24,901 nucleotides of DNA from a virus (taxonomy: Duplodnaviria; Caudoviricetes). Both the position numbers and the translations under genes were made by a program. Of this stretch, positions 9,724-18,927 are shown in pieces. Location: the IMG/VR virus record IMGVR_UViG_3300032225_002328, positions 1 through 24,901 of that record. The stretch is one strand, 5' to 3'. Under the pieces are notes generated by a model, which saw only the letters and a program-made list of their open reading frames with translations, had not been told where the DNA came from and did no database searches. The number at the start of each line of letters is the position of its first letter. The first letter of the stretch is position 1.

Positions 9724-10772
9724 TATATTTCCGTCAATTCTAAACTTATGTCAACACGATCTGTGTATGTTAATCTTTTATTTATTTTGTAATCAAAATT
9801 TGTTATAAAACATTTTACAATATCTGAAGAAACTGCTGGAGCAATAGTTGATGCATAAAATGTGCTGATTGGCTTTGAAATGATTGATGTTGTTGTTTTT
9901 AATGTAATCATTCCGTTTCTTCCTCCGGCAGTTTGACTTGAAGTAGATGTAGCAGTGATCAAATTAGTTTGAGGATTTGATGCATATGTCCAATCAACAT
10001 TATTTATTGTTGATCCTGAAGTCATGAGCATATTTTTTGTTGTAAATACAGTTCCCGATTTAGCCCAATATGTTGCATCAAGGTTGAATGAAGCTGTAGT
10101 TCCTGATTGTAAAAATGCATTTGCAACAACTGTTGGGTTAGAAATATTATAAGTTAATATTGAATTTGATGCTGTATGGGTAACGCTATTAATTGATGCT
10201 GTACCATTAAAGATAGGATCCAATCCAGATACATAAACAAGATTTCCTGCTGTATAGCCAGTTGCTCTTACATTTGTTGTAACAGAAGCTGTTCCAACGC
10301 CTGTACTAATTGCACTAATTGAAGCAGAAACAATGGAATAGGCTGATGGGGTTGATGTGTTTGTAACAGAAGGCTTAAATGTTGTATTTGCGGTGTAATT
10401 ATTTATAGAATTTAATGAAGATACTTGTCTCCATGCTTCTTCTGAATATGTAAGTTTAACCCATACTGGTTGATATACATTTTCTTCAAAAAATGATTTT
10501 AAGAAAGCCCCGCCTAGATTTCCATCGGCAATAAACTCAATGCCAGAATTTGATGGCAAATCGGACCACGATGTTGAGAGTTTCTTTTTGTTGGCAGTAA
10601 TGAATCTACGCATTGTTCCATCAGCCATTCTGTCTGATTTTTCAATTCTTTCATAGTTAATCTGCAATGGTTGTCTATTATGATCTGTTAATGTATAGCC
10701 AGTTGCCGTTGATCCGGGGATTGAAGGATCCTCAAGATAAATCTGTATAATAGCTTTAGTTGGAAAAGACAT
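9723..10772 (-). CDS. Distal tail protein (Dit-like) with a ~190-aa S/T-rich insertion
   Basis: Immediately follows the tape measure (TGATG overlap). A Dit-like N-terminus (LTDHNRQP...RMADGTMRRF...K..STSWSDLP) and C-terminus (CFITNFDY.I.KR....VDISLELTEI) flank a beta-rich insert. Confidence 0.7.
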   Translation of the reverse strand: MSFPTKAIIQIYLEDPSIPGSTATGYTLTDHNRQPLQINYERIEKSDRMADGTMRRFITANKKKLSTSWSDLPSNSGIEFIADGNLGGAFLKSFFEENVYQPVWVKLTYSEEAWRQVSSLNSINNYTANTTFKPSVTNTSTPSAYSIVSASISAISTGVGTASVTTNVRATGYTAGNLVYVSGLDPIFNGTASINSVTHTASNSILTYNISNPTVVANAFLQSGTTASFNLDATYWAKSGTVFTTKNMLMTSGSTINNVDWTYASNPQTNLITATSTSSQTAGGRNGMITLKTTTSIISKPISTFYASTIAPAVSSDIVKCFITNFDYKINKRLTYTDRVDISLELTEI

Positions 10773-13700
10773 CAGATAATTCTCCTATTGCTGTACAAAG
10801 TTTGTTGTTTTCTTTCAATTGTTTTCAAAACGGCATTTGCAATATCATCTGGCGAAGCGCTTGAACCTTCAACATTAACATTAATATTATACACTGTGTT
10901 ATTCATTGTGCCGACATTTACTCCGTTGCTGCCTGAATTAATTGAACTAAATGTTGGTGTTAAAAGCATTCCTTGATTAATCATATCAAGATATTTTATT
11001 CCCATTTTTTTAGCTGCAGATGCATTAATAACATATTCTCCATGTGAGAGTCTAGCAGAAATTGAATCAGATGTTCCTGTTCCGGGACCAGAAACAGATC
11101 CACCTCTTGCAAACCACTGGGTATCGTCCACATTCCCTCCTAAAAACTTAATCCCAAGGGCACCATTTTGTTTAATAGCATTGCCCATTTTGTCGTAAGG
11201 AGTATATCCATTATAACTTCCATAGGTAACGGATGGTTTATATTGTCTATCATCTTTTACAAAAGGATTATTTGTTGCATCAAATATTGGGGCAAGAGAA
11301 GCATTAGATGAAAATGCCGCATGAGCTTTATCAGTAAATTTTGGAAGATAATCTCCTTGATTAGTTTTTTTAGTGTTAATAACTTTTTTGCCTTTATTTA
11401 CTCCATCAGTTAAAGTTTTTGTATCAAAATATCCTTGTAAGGCAAAAGAAAGCAAATAAGAATCAACTGGTGTTTTTAAATCTTGATCAAGATAATAGTC
11501 AGAAATGTTTTCTTTTCCATAGCCTAATGCGGTAGCAAGTTGACTAAAATTGCGAATAGTTGCATTTTTACCAAATCCTAAGGCTGCTTTTGCTTTGCTT
11601 ATATCTTTGCCGAATGCGGTAGAGAGTGAATTTCCAATTTCTGAGGCTGTAGTTCCTTGCCCTTGCGACTTTAATGATGCTGCAACTTGAGCAACTGTTG
11701 CTCTATTTTGACCAATGGCGGGGTTTATTACGCTGCCTTTAGCAATTGCTGAAAGTCTGGATTGTGCTGAAGAAATACCAGCAATTTGTGAAAAACTATT
11801 AATATTTTTCATGCTTAAGGCTAAACTTTGTGCAATGTCGGCAAGATTTTTAAATTCTGGAGTAGCTTTAATTTGACTTAAAACTGATTTTATTTTTTCA
11901 GCATCTACATGAGCATCTTTTAAAGCTTTCCAAGCTTTCCCGGCAGGGGTTGTTGCGCCTTTTCCAGATAAATATCTAAAGAAACCATCCATACTTCCTG
12001 TCCAAGTAGTTAACCCGGCAGCTAAGGTATCTATATATCCCTTAGATTCTACAGCAATATTTCCTATACCTGTCATTGCTTTTGTTGTTGTCTTTGCAAC
12101 CGATGTTGTTGATTTTTGTGCAGCAGCGGAATATTTTTTCATTACTTCTGTCCATTTATCTGCTTTCTCTGTTGCAGCCTGTTGTCTTTTTTCAAGTCGT
12201 GCTTGAGTTGAATCAAATTGTTTGGTATTAGAAATTCTATTTCTTGTTTCTTCTAGATTAGCCTGTGCAGCACTAATTCGAAGAAGATTTCCTGATGCCA
12301 TCGCTTCATCTAATGAATTTTGTGCGCCTTGAACCTCTTTATTTGCTTCTACCGCTGCTTGAGCTTGTTGTCTAAGAGTATTGTTTTCATCAATTTGAGT
12401 TTTCAATGTTTCATTTAAAGTTTTTTGTGCTTTTATATGATCTTGAATTTCTTGTTTACTATAGCCTGTTGCTTTTTTACCTGCTGCAGCTGCTGCGGCT
12501 GCGTTAGAGCTTCCAGTTGATTTTGTTGCTGCAGATTGATTTGCTGCTGCAACTGCTTGATCTATAATGTTGGAACCTTTTGAAACCATGCCTTCTACGG
12601 CATCAACATTTAAAAATGCTTGAAGACCTGCTTGTGTAGCAGTAGCATTAACCAATTGGTCTGCTGTTTGAATTGTTCCATTAACAAAAAGTCTATTCGC
12701 AACCATTAATCTTTCTAAGGCTTGTTGATATCCGGCTGATCCATTTGTCAAATTATTAGTTTGAACTGCAGTATTTAAAGCAATTTGATTGTAATTTGCA
12801 AGAGCTGAATTTTGTTCTCTAACTTTTGAATTATAAGTATCAAATGTTGATGAGTTCATTACAACAGATTCTTTTGTTTTTGAAAGTGTTGTATTCATTT
12901 CATTAAAACTATCATAAAGTGATTTTGCCGATGTTGCAGTTTGCGTTACATTAAATGCAAATGCACCTGTCTGTCCGGACGATGCGTTTCTAAATCCCGT
13001 TGTCATTGCTTGTTGTCTAGTCATTAATTGCATTTGTGATTGCAAGCCACTAAGAAATCCTGCTGATCCAAATCCAGTAATTCCAGCATTTTGCATATAT
13101 GCAGCAACATCTGTTTTTGCTTGTGTTGCAGTCATTCCTGCTGCCATATCTGCTAAAAATTTTTCTTTCAAAAGTTTAAATTGTTCTGAGGTACCCATTC
13201 TTTTAATTCCTTCAACTTCATCCTTGAAGTGGGAATCTTGTTCTTGTTGGGCTTTATATTTTTCTGAAAGTGAATCAATTTCTGATTTAACTGCTTCACT
13301 AGTTGTAACTGCTGATTTAAAAGCAGCATTTCCAAAATCTGTTACCTTAATCCTAAAATGTTCTAAAGCGGTTGAACTTGTCATAGCAGCACCTTCAAGT
13401 GCTGCTGCTTGTTGTCTGGAAAGCATTCTTGCGTGAGCAATTCTTCCTTGAATAAGACCGCCAACTGCTCCAACAATTGCACCTGCGCCAGTGGCAATCA
13501 TATTATATGGAGGGGGAAGGAATTGACCAATTGCACCGCCTACTTCTAATCCTTTAGAAAGACCACCCATTGTTTGCATTCCCATGCTTTGCTCTTCATA
13601 TGGTTTATTTGATCCGGGCATCATGCTTGAAAGCATTCCTGCTCCCATTCCTAATGCGGCTCCACCAATTCCTGCAAATTTACTTTGACCAATTTTTCCA

Positions 13701-16700
13701 AATGCAGTTCTAACTGAATTAAGTTTTGATGAAATTTTCATTCTTCTGCTTGGATTTTTTGAATCTACTTCGTCAAAAAGTGAAGTATAATCTGAAAGTT
13801 GAGATTCCCATTCTCCATATTTTGATTTCATAGAAATTCCAGACTCTCTGGCGGCTTTTCTTTCTCTTAATTGAACTAATCTTGATCTTTGTTCTGCGCT
13901 TAATCCTGACGGAATTGCATCTCCAATTCCACCTGCAAATGCGGGTGCTGCTAAATTTGCAAATCTTCCTAGACCTTTGCTTCTTGTCACTGCGTCTCTA
14001 GCAGAACTTAATTTTTTTGATGGTGTGTCGCCTATTGCTTCATGAGTTACAGCTTCTTGAATTGCAATTTCTGAATTATGAATTATTTTTGCAGTCAATT
14101 CATTTAATCTTAAAGAAAGAGCTTTTGCAAACTCACTTAATCTTTCTTCTGGATCAGTTATATGCGCAACATCTTTTATTGCTTTTTGTTCTGCAGACTC
14201 GGTGGCTTTTGCCATTTGAGTTGTTATTTTACCTACATCAACGCCAAATCTTTTTGCAAGTATCTCAAGATTTGTTTTATACTCTTCAGGGGTCTTTCCA
14301 GCAACAGCATTAATATCAGAAATTGAACCGCCACTTTTTAAAATGGCGTTAGCAGTACTTATAATTGTTGAAGAACCTGCCGTTTGAGATTTTGTTCTGC
14401 CAGAGGATAGGAATGAAACTAATTGTTCTGTTGATAGTCGATTAACTGCTCCTGATGCTGTTACGCCGCCACCTGTTACATCTATCAATTTTTTTCTTAA
14501 TTGTGCTTCATTCATTCCTCTTAATTCTGATTCTGGAAGCATGATTTGAGCATTTCTTTTTCCTATTGCTTTTTGTAAATATTGCTCTTCTGGATTTGTG
14601 GAATAAAAACCTGATTGAATTCCGGACACCCTGCCACTTGCTCCCGCATTGAACAATGCTCCTGCTGTTGATGCGCCTTGACCTGAATGAATAAATTGTA
14701 GCTCTCCTTCATAAGAGCTACCTCTATCTCCTTGAATTTCAATTGATGGAGATCCTGCAGCAGATGCTCTTGCTCCGGGAGTTCCTCCGGGAATAGGTCT
14801 TGGAGTAATTGGTCCGCCTGCATAAATTTGTTCCAGCCTTGTAACCTCAGAAGCATATTCTGCAATTGCCATAGTTAATGCTTTGATTGCATCTTCTTCT
14901 TTCATGACTTGCTGCGTAACTGTTTCAGATAATCTTTGTGATGCTAAAAGAGATGGATCTACTTCTTTAAAATAGTTTTGTGTTCCTGAACTACCGCCCT
15001 TAAATTTTGCTAATAGACCGCCTTCAGTTTTTCCAAAACCTTGTTTAAACATTCTTGCGCCATTATAAATTTTAAACAATTGTCCGGCTAAGTTTGCTAC
15101 CAAACCAATAACCATAGTTATAGGACCAACAAGCATTGCTCCACCTAAAACTGCTTTAATTGCAGTTCCAATTGGACCTAATTTAGAAAAAAGATGAGCA
15201 ATTTTTTCTCCGACTTCCAATACCTTGGTAGCAACAGTTAAAAATGATTCCCCGATAGGAAGAATTGCTGTTTTAAATGATTCCATTGCAATTTTATATT
15301 TACCTGCAGCAGACTCTTGAATTTGTTTTGTTTGTTTGTCTGCAATTCCTGCTAATTGAGCTGAAGAAAGACCCATCATTTGCATGACTTTAGCAGATTG
15401 TGTTCCTTCTTTATTAAAGTTGTTAAACAGGGCTGTCATACGAGCAAATTGAAATTTACCAAATAGCTCTGAAATAGCTCTTTGTCTGTCTAAACTTGAT
15501 AAATTGTCAAGACCTTTTTGAAGGTCTGTAATCATTCCAATCATGTTTCCAGAGTTTTTATTTACAATACCATTAATATCAATTCCAAAAGCTGCAAGTG
15601 ATTTTTGAGCAGTAGCGGTTGGAGAAATTAATCTACCCAATGAGTTTTTAAGTGCGTTTGCACCTTCACCTGCAGAAACACCACCTTCTTTCATAGCTAC
15701 AAGTAATGCAACCATGTCTTTGTAGCTTCCACCCAATCCTTTTACAACAGGACCGACTCTTGGAATTGCTCCAATAAGATCAGCCATGTTGGTTGATGTA
15801 GCAGCTTGTGCTGCGTTAAAAAAGTTTACTGAATCTGTTAATTCAGTTGTATTAAGCTTGAATGCAGTCTGTAAAGCAATAGTTGCTTTAATGGCATCTT
15901 GTTTGTCTGTTTCTCCAAGCACGACCATTCTGGATGCCTGCTTTGTTGCATTAATAAGATCTTTTCCAGTTAGTCCTGCTGCAGCAAGGTCGGCTGCCAT
16001 CGAAGTTGTTTCTTTTGCAGAAACACCTAATGTTTTAGACATTTCTGTAGCAAGTCCCATAATCTCATTTTTTACAAGATTCAATTGAGCTTTTGTAGGT
16101 TCAGTCAAACCTACTCCATATACTTTTTGAAGTCTTGTCATTTCAGTATTTACATCAAGGAACATTTGTGATGCTGCTTTACCTGCAAGTGCCATTGGAA
16201 CAGTTAAACCTGCAGTTAACTGGCGACCCGCCCACTGTGTATTTTTACCAAAGTTAATTAGTTTTTCAGCGCCATCTTTGTACGCTGTATTTAAAAGTTG
16301 TTGATATATTTGTGCTTGTTTTGCGGCATTTCCTGCAGCTGATGTAGCGGCAATAATGTGAGCATAACCTTTTTGAGTAGAAGATGGAATGATTGTTGCT
16401 GCATGCATTTTTGCTTGAGCAGCAGCAACTTGATTTATTTCATCAACAATTCCTTTGCGAGATTTTCCAATAATTGAAAAATATTCACCTAGTTTTAGCT
16501 TGCTTTGTGATATTTGTTTTGTTAATCTTTCAGTGGAGCTTGCAAGTGCAATTGTTTCTACGCTGAATGCTCTTGTTGCAGCAACATTTGCAAGCATTTG
16601 AGTTTCTGCTGATTGAAGTCCCGAAACAAGACCCGCTGGAACAATATTGCCCATAGTTTGTTTTGACAAAGATGCCATTGCCGATTTTAATCTAGCAAGT

Positions 16701-16762
16701 TCTGAATAGACTGGAGCAAAATTAGCATCAGCAGTTAATTGAATATTAAGAAACGATGTCAT
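10772..16762 (-). CDS. Tail tape measure protein
   Basis: 1996 aa, Ala/Lys-rich and helical. It has a TP901-type core (GKNTQWAGRQL...MKEGGVSAGEGANALK...ELFGKFQ), hydrophobic Gly-rich segments and a C-terminal FARGG.V.GPGTGTSDSISARLSHGEYVINA motif. AAGGAGG RBS at 16774-16780; lies downstream of the chaperone pair. Confidence 0.95.
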   Translation of the reverse strand: MTSFLNIQLTADANFAPVYSELARLKSAMASLSKQTMGNIVPAGLVSGLQSAETQMLANVAATRAFSVETIALASSTERLTKQISQSKLKLGEYFSIIGKSRKGIVDEINQVAAAQAKMHAATIIPSSTQKGYAHIIAATSAAGNAAKQAQIYQQLLNTAYKDGAEKLINFGKNTQWAGRQLTAGLTVPMALAGKAASQMFLDVNTEMTRLQKVYGVGLTEPTKAQLNLVKNEIMGLATEMSKTLGVSAKETTSMAADLAAAGLTGKDLINATKQASRMVVLGETDKQDAIKATIALQTAFKLNTTELTDSVNFFNAAQAATSTNMADLIGAIPRVGPVVKGLGGSYKDMVALLVAMKEGGVSAGEGANALKNSLGRLISPTATAQKSLAAFGIDINGIVNKNSGNMIGMITDLQKGLDNLSSLDRQRAISELFGKFQFARMTALFNNFNKEGTQSAKVMQMMGLSSAQLAGIADKQTKQIQESAAGKYKIAMESFKTAILPIGESFLTVATKVLEVGEKIAHLFSKLGPIGTAIKAVLGGAMLVGPITMVIGLVANLAGQLFKIYNGARMFKQGFGKTEGGLLAKFKGGSSGTQNYFKEVDPSLLASQRLSETVTQQVMKEEDAIKALTMAIAEYASEVTRLEQIYAGGPITPRPIPGGTPGARASAAGSPSIEIQGDRGSSYEGELQFIHSGQGASTAGALFNAGASGRVSGIQSGFYSTNPEEQYLQKAIGKRNAQIMLPESELRGMNEAQLRKKLIDVTGGGVTASGAVNRLSTEQLVSFLSSGRTKSQTAGSSTIISTANAILKSGGSISDINAVAGKTPEEYKTNLEILAKRFGVDVGKITTQMAKATESAEQKAIKDVAHITDPEERLSEFAKALSLRLNELTAKIIHNSEIAIQEAVTHEAIGDTPSKKLSSARDAVTRSKGLGRFANLAAPAFAGGIGDAIPSGLSAEQRSRLVQLRERKAARESGISMKSKYGEWESQLSDYTSLFDEVDSKNPSRRMKISSKLNSVRTAFGKIGQSKFAGIGGAALGMGAGMLSSMMPGSNKPYEEQSMGMQTMGGLSKGLEVGGAIGQFLPPPYNMIATGAGAIVGAVGGLIQGRIAHARMLSRQQAAALEGAAMTSSTALEHFRIKVTDFGNAAFKSAVTTSEAVKSEIDSLSEKYKAQQEQDSHFKDEVEGIKRMGTSEQFKLLKEKFLADMAAGMTATQAKTDVAAYMQNAGITGFGSAGFLSGLQSQMQLMTRQQAMTTGFRNASSGQTGAFAFNVTQTATSAKSLYDSFNEMNTTLSKTKESVVMNSSTFDTYNSKVREQNSALANYNQIALNTAVQTNNLTNGSAGYQQALERLMVANRLFVNGTIQTADQLVNATATQAGLQAFLNVDAVEGMVSKGSNIIDQAVAAANQSAATKSTGSSNAAAAAAAGKKATGYSKQEIQDHIKAQKTLNETLKTQIDENNTLRQQAQAAVEANKEVQGAQNSLDEAMASGNLLRISAAQANLEETRNRISNTKQFDSTQARLEKRQQAATEKADKWTEVMKKYSAAAQKSTTSVAKTTTKAMTGIGNIAVESKGYIDTLAAGLTTWTGSMDGFFRYLSGKGATTPAGKAWKALKDAHVDAEKIKSVLSQIKATPEFKNLADIAQSLALSMKNINSFSQIAGISSAQSRLSAIAKGSVINPAIGQNRATVAQVAASLKSQGQGTTASEIGNSLSTAFGKDISKAKAALGFGKNATIRNFSQLATALGYGKENISDYYLDQDLKTPVDSYLLSFALQGYFDTKTLTDGVNKGKKVINTKKTNQGDYLPKFTDKAHAAFSSNASLAPIFDATNNPFVKDDRQYKPSVTYGSYNGYTPYDKMGNAIKQNGALGIKFLGGNVDDTQWFARGGSVSGPGTGTSDSISARLSHGEYVINASAAKKMGIKYLDMINQGMLLTPTFSSINSGSNGVNVGTMNNTVYNINVNVEGSSASPDDIANAVLKTIERKQQTLYSNRRII

Positions 16763-17096
16763 TTACTAAATCTCCTCCTTGGCTGGTATATCCCAGCCCC
16801 ATGCCAATTCCAAAGCCTTCTTCATTGGCTGCAAATCCCTTAAGGTTTGCAATATCAGATTCTTTTTCTGATTCACTAGAATCCGCATCTATATCAACAC
16901 CTTGTAAGGCAGCAAAGAACCTTCTATCACGATGTTCCCGGTCTCTAAGGGCATTAAGCGTGACAATAAGTTCTTCCATTGACAAGTTTGACTCAAGATC
17001 ATCATAATTTTTCCAATTACCCGTGAGGAAAACCTCAGACTCCAAAGCGACTAGATCTACATCACTCCATTTAGATCCGCCGCTAGGAGATTTGGG
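16746..17096 (-). CDS. Tail assembly chaperone, frameshift extension (gpT-like part of a gpGT-type fusion)
   Basis: The track ORF 16746..17045 (TTG start) is open upstream to 17096 (PKSPSGGSKWSDVDLVALESEVFL...), bounded by a TGA at 17097-17099. It is in the -1 frame relative to the upstream chaperone. Confidence 0.85.
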   Translation of the reverse strand, partial: PKSPSGGSKWSDVDLVALESEVFLTGNWKNYDDLESNLSMEELIVTLNALRDREHRDRRFFAALQGVDIDADSSESEKESDIANLKGFAANEEGFGIGMGLGYTSQGGDLVNDIVS

Positions 17097-17392
17097 TCAT
17101 TGAATTTCATACCTCCCGCAATTTCAAGTATTTTCATCATTGTTGGAACTTCAATAGTTTCTTCAAAAAGATCTTTATCTTCAGAAAGTTCTGGCTTAAA
17201 CTGTTTCATGCAAAGCATTGCTGCTTCAACAAAAACTTCCATTGCGTCTGATTCAGTTTCAATTTTTTCTTCATTTAATTTTGCAATAATTTCCATAAAC
17301 TTTTTTAAGTTTTTAATTGATAATGGTCTAATGGTTATGTCTTCTCCATTGGACAGTTTAATTTCAAGTGTGTCATAGACTGTAGTAGCCAC
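17057..17392 (-). CDS. Tail assembly chaperone (gpG-like)
   Basis: 111 aa, acidic (IKLSNG..ITIRPLSIK.LKKFM...NDPN), between the tail tube and tape measure genes. GTG start with an AGGAGG RBS at 17398-17403. Confidence 0.9.
   Translation of the reverse strand: MATTVYDTLEIKLSNGEDITIRPLSIKNLKKFMEIIAKLNEEKIETESDAMEVFVEAAMLCMKQFKPELSEDKDLFEETIEVPTMMKILEIAGGMKFNDPNLLAADLNGVM
17090..17096 (-). other. -1 programmed ribosomal frameshift slippery site C CCA AAT
   Basis: The minus strand reads GAC CCA AAT, an X XXY YYZ heptamer in the correct phase. The -1 frame opens exactly at this heptamer. Confidence 0.85.
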
Positions 17393-17416
17393 AAAAACCT
17401 CCTAGTTTTCTATATC

Positions 17417-17425
17417 ATTATATCA
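17417..17425 (-). promoter_or_regulatory. Extended -10 promoter motif TGATATAAT (with an overlapping TGATATAG)
   Basis: Lies between the tail-tube terminator and the chaperone RBS. Confidence 0.7.
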
Positions 17426-17433
17426 AGATGACG

Positions 17434-17469
17434 AATAAAAACATAAATGCCCTTGAAAGGGCATTTATG
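17434..17469 (-). terminator. Rho-independent terminator after the major tail gene
   Basis: Perfect 12-bp stem CATAAATGCCCT-TTCA-AGGGCATTTATG followed by TTTTTATT on the minus strand. Confidence 0.9.
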
Positions 17470-17489
17470 CTTAAAACAATATTAAATTA

Positions 17490-18338
17490 TCATGTACCAT
17501 ATACGCGGTCAATAATAAATCCGTATTCTGAACCATCTGCATCATCTCTGTCTGCATCTGGAAGACAACGGAAGTTTACGGGAAAAACTGTAACTGCATC
17601 ACGTTTTAGTGCGTGAGCAACTGTTTCAACCTGAACAATTTTACGAGCAATGTAGACTCTTTCTTTCTTCTGTCTTCCACTTGCATCAAGAGTTGTTCCT
17701 GTTCCGACTGAACCGGAAGTATATCCTGTGCCTGAAGCTGCTGATGTCTGAATTGCAGGGTTGTATGTTGCTCCCATGAATCCGGGAGCATTACCGACTG
17801 CTACGATTGTTCTGTCAATTGCAGAATCTCCAAGTGAGCTTCCGTTCAATGATAGAACTGATTTAGATCCAGTATCTGTAACGCTAAATGTCTGAACTGC
17901 TTGACTTGTACCGTCTTGCTTGTAAGCCAAGTAAGAATCTTGTTGACCTAAAGCAAAATGTAGGTTTTCTAAAGTTCCTTCAGTCATTTCTGTTTTAAGA
18001 ACTACTTTTACCTGCTGTCTGAAAAGACGAGCAGCATCAAGAAGCTGGTCAACCATTACATCTGAGTAAGTAGGTTCGTAAGAAACTTCAAGACCATTGT
18101 TTGTGTAACCCAAGTCTCTCCAGAATGTGGAGGCTGTACCTACCAGCGACTGAATTGCACTTGTTGTTGACGCTGTAGATGTAGAGGTATTTGTTCCTTG
18201 GTTCATGTATCCGAATGGAAGAACTGCAGAAGAACTGAGGTCTGGACGGTTTATACCGTTACCACCGGACAAAAAAAGTCTAGCTGCGCCAACAATAATA
18301 TTTCTTGTGTTGTACGCGCCACCTGTTGCGTTTGCCAT
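17490..18338 (-). CDS. Major tail (tube) protein
   Basis: 282 aa with NIIVGAARLF, WRDLGYTNNGLEVSYEPTY.DV.VDQLLD, TEMTEGTLENL and VFPVNFRCLPD. It has a strong RBS, a downstream terminator and sits before the chaperones. Confidence 0.9.
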   Translation of the reverse strand: MANATGGAYNTRNIIVGAARLFLSGGNGINRPDLSSSAVLPFGYMNQGTNTSTSTASTTSAIQSLVGTASTFWRDLGYTNNGLEVSYEPTYSDVMVDQLLDAARLFRQQVKVVLKTEMTEGTLENLHFALGQQDSYLAYKQDGTSQAVQTFSVTDTGSKSVLSLNGSSLGDSAIDRTIVAVGNAPGFMGATYNPAIQTSAASGTGYTSGSVGTGTTLDASGRQKKERVYIARKIVQVETVAHALKRDAVTVFPVNFRCLPDADRDDADGSEYGFIIDRVYGT

Positions 18339-18369
18339 ATTTTATTTCACCACCTTTTTTTTTAAATTT
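18336..18369 (-). repeat. Duplicated translation-initiation region, copy 1 (major tail)
   Basis: AAATTT-A9-GGTGGTGAAATAAAATATG, near-identical to 22710..22744. Confidence 0.85.
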
Positions 18370-18396
18370 ATGGGGTAAAACACTTCCTCATGAATA

Positions 18397-18405
18397 ATCA
18401 TAGCA
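18397..18405 (-). promoter_or_regulatory. Probable extended -10 promoter variant TGCTATGAT
   Basis: TGnTAnnnT in the intergenic gap upstream of the major tail gene. Confidence 0.5.
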
Positions 18406-18411
18406 CAACTT

Positions 18412-18927
18412 TTACTTAAAACGACCTGATGAATTAAGATCTCTTGAGTATCCGTAACAAATTTTTATTTGACCAACTTGAAAATTTCCTTCTTTGTCAA
18501 ATGGCTCTGGAGAAATAATTGAATCAACATACAATAAATGAAAATTAAAATCATTAAGTTGATTTGTATTCAAGTATTCTTGCAAATCATTTGCAGAATC
18601 ATCAAATCTTCTAAAATAATCAAAAAGACAATTTAATATTGTATTAATTTTGTCATAACTAGTTGATATTATTGAAATAGTCATATCTTCTTCTGATATC
18701 CACCAATTTTCCCTGCCTTTTTTAACTTCATAATCATAGACTAAATAAGTTTTGCCGGGAAGTAAATTATTAAATTCAGGCATTTGTTGAGCAGGAATAA
18801 TTGGAATTAAATATGAATCAAAACCATCTGCATAATAATCACTTGAACTTAATAAATTTTCACTTTGAAGAATGCTCCAAACATAAGAACGAAGATTTCC
18901 AATTGCTAAAGATGAATATGTAGCCAT
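18412..18927 (-). CDS. Putative tail terminator protein
   Basis: 171 aa, acidic, immediately before the tail tube gene. Contains IPIIPAQQ.PEF...YLVYDY...WWISEE...FRRFDDSA. Confidence 0.65.
   Translation of the reverse strand: MATYSSLAIGNLRSYVWSILQSENLLSSSDYYADGFDSYLIPIIPAQQMPEFNNLLPGKTYLVYDYEVKKGRENWWISEEDMTISIISTSYDKINTILNCLFDYFRRFDDSANDLQEYLNTNQLNDFNFHLLYVDSIISPEPFDKEGNFQVGQIKICYGYSRDLNSSGRFK

Noticed and set aside
16746-17045. Stand-alone 99-aa gene starting at TTG 17045
   Set aside because: The frame extends upstream to a slippery heptamer, so it is better explained as the frameshift extension of the chaperone.
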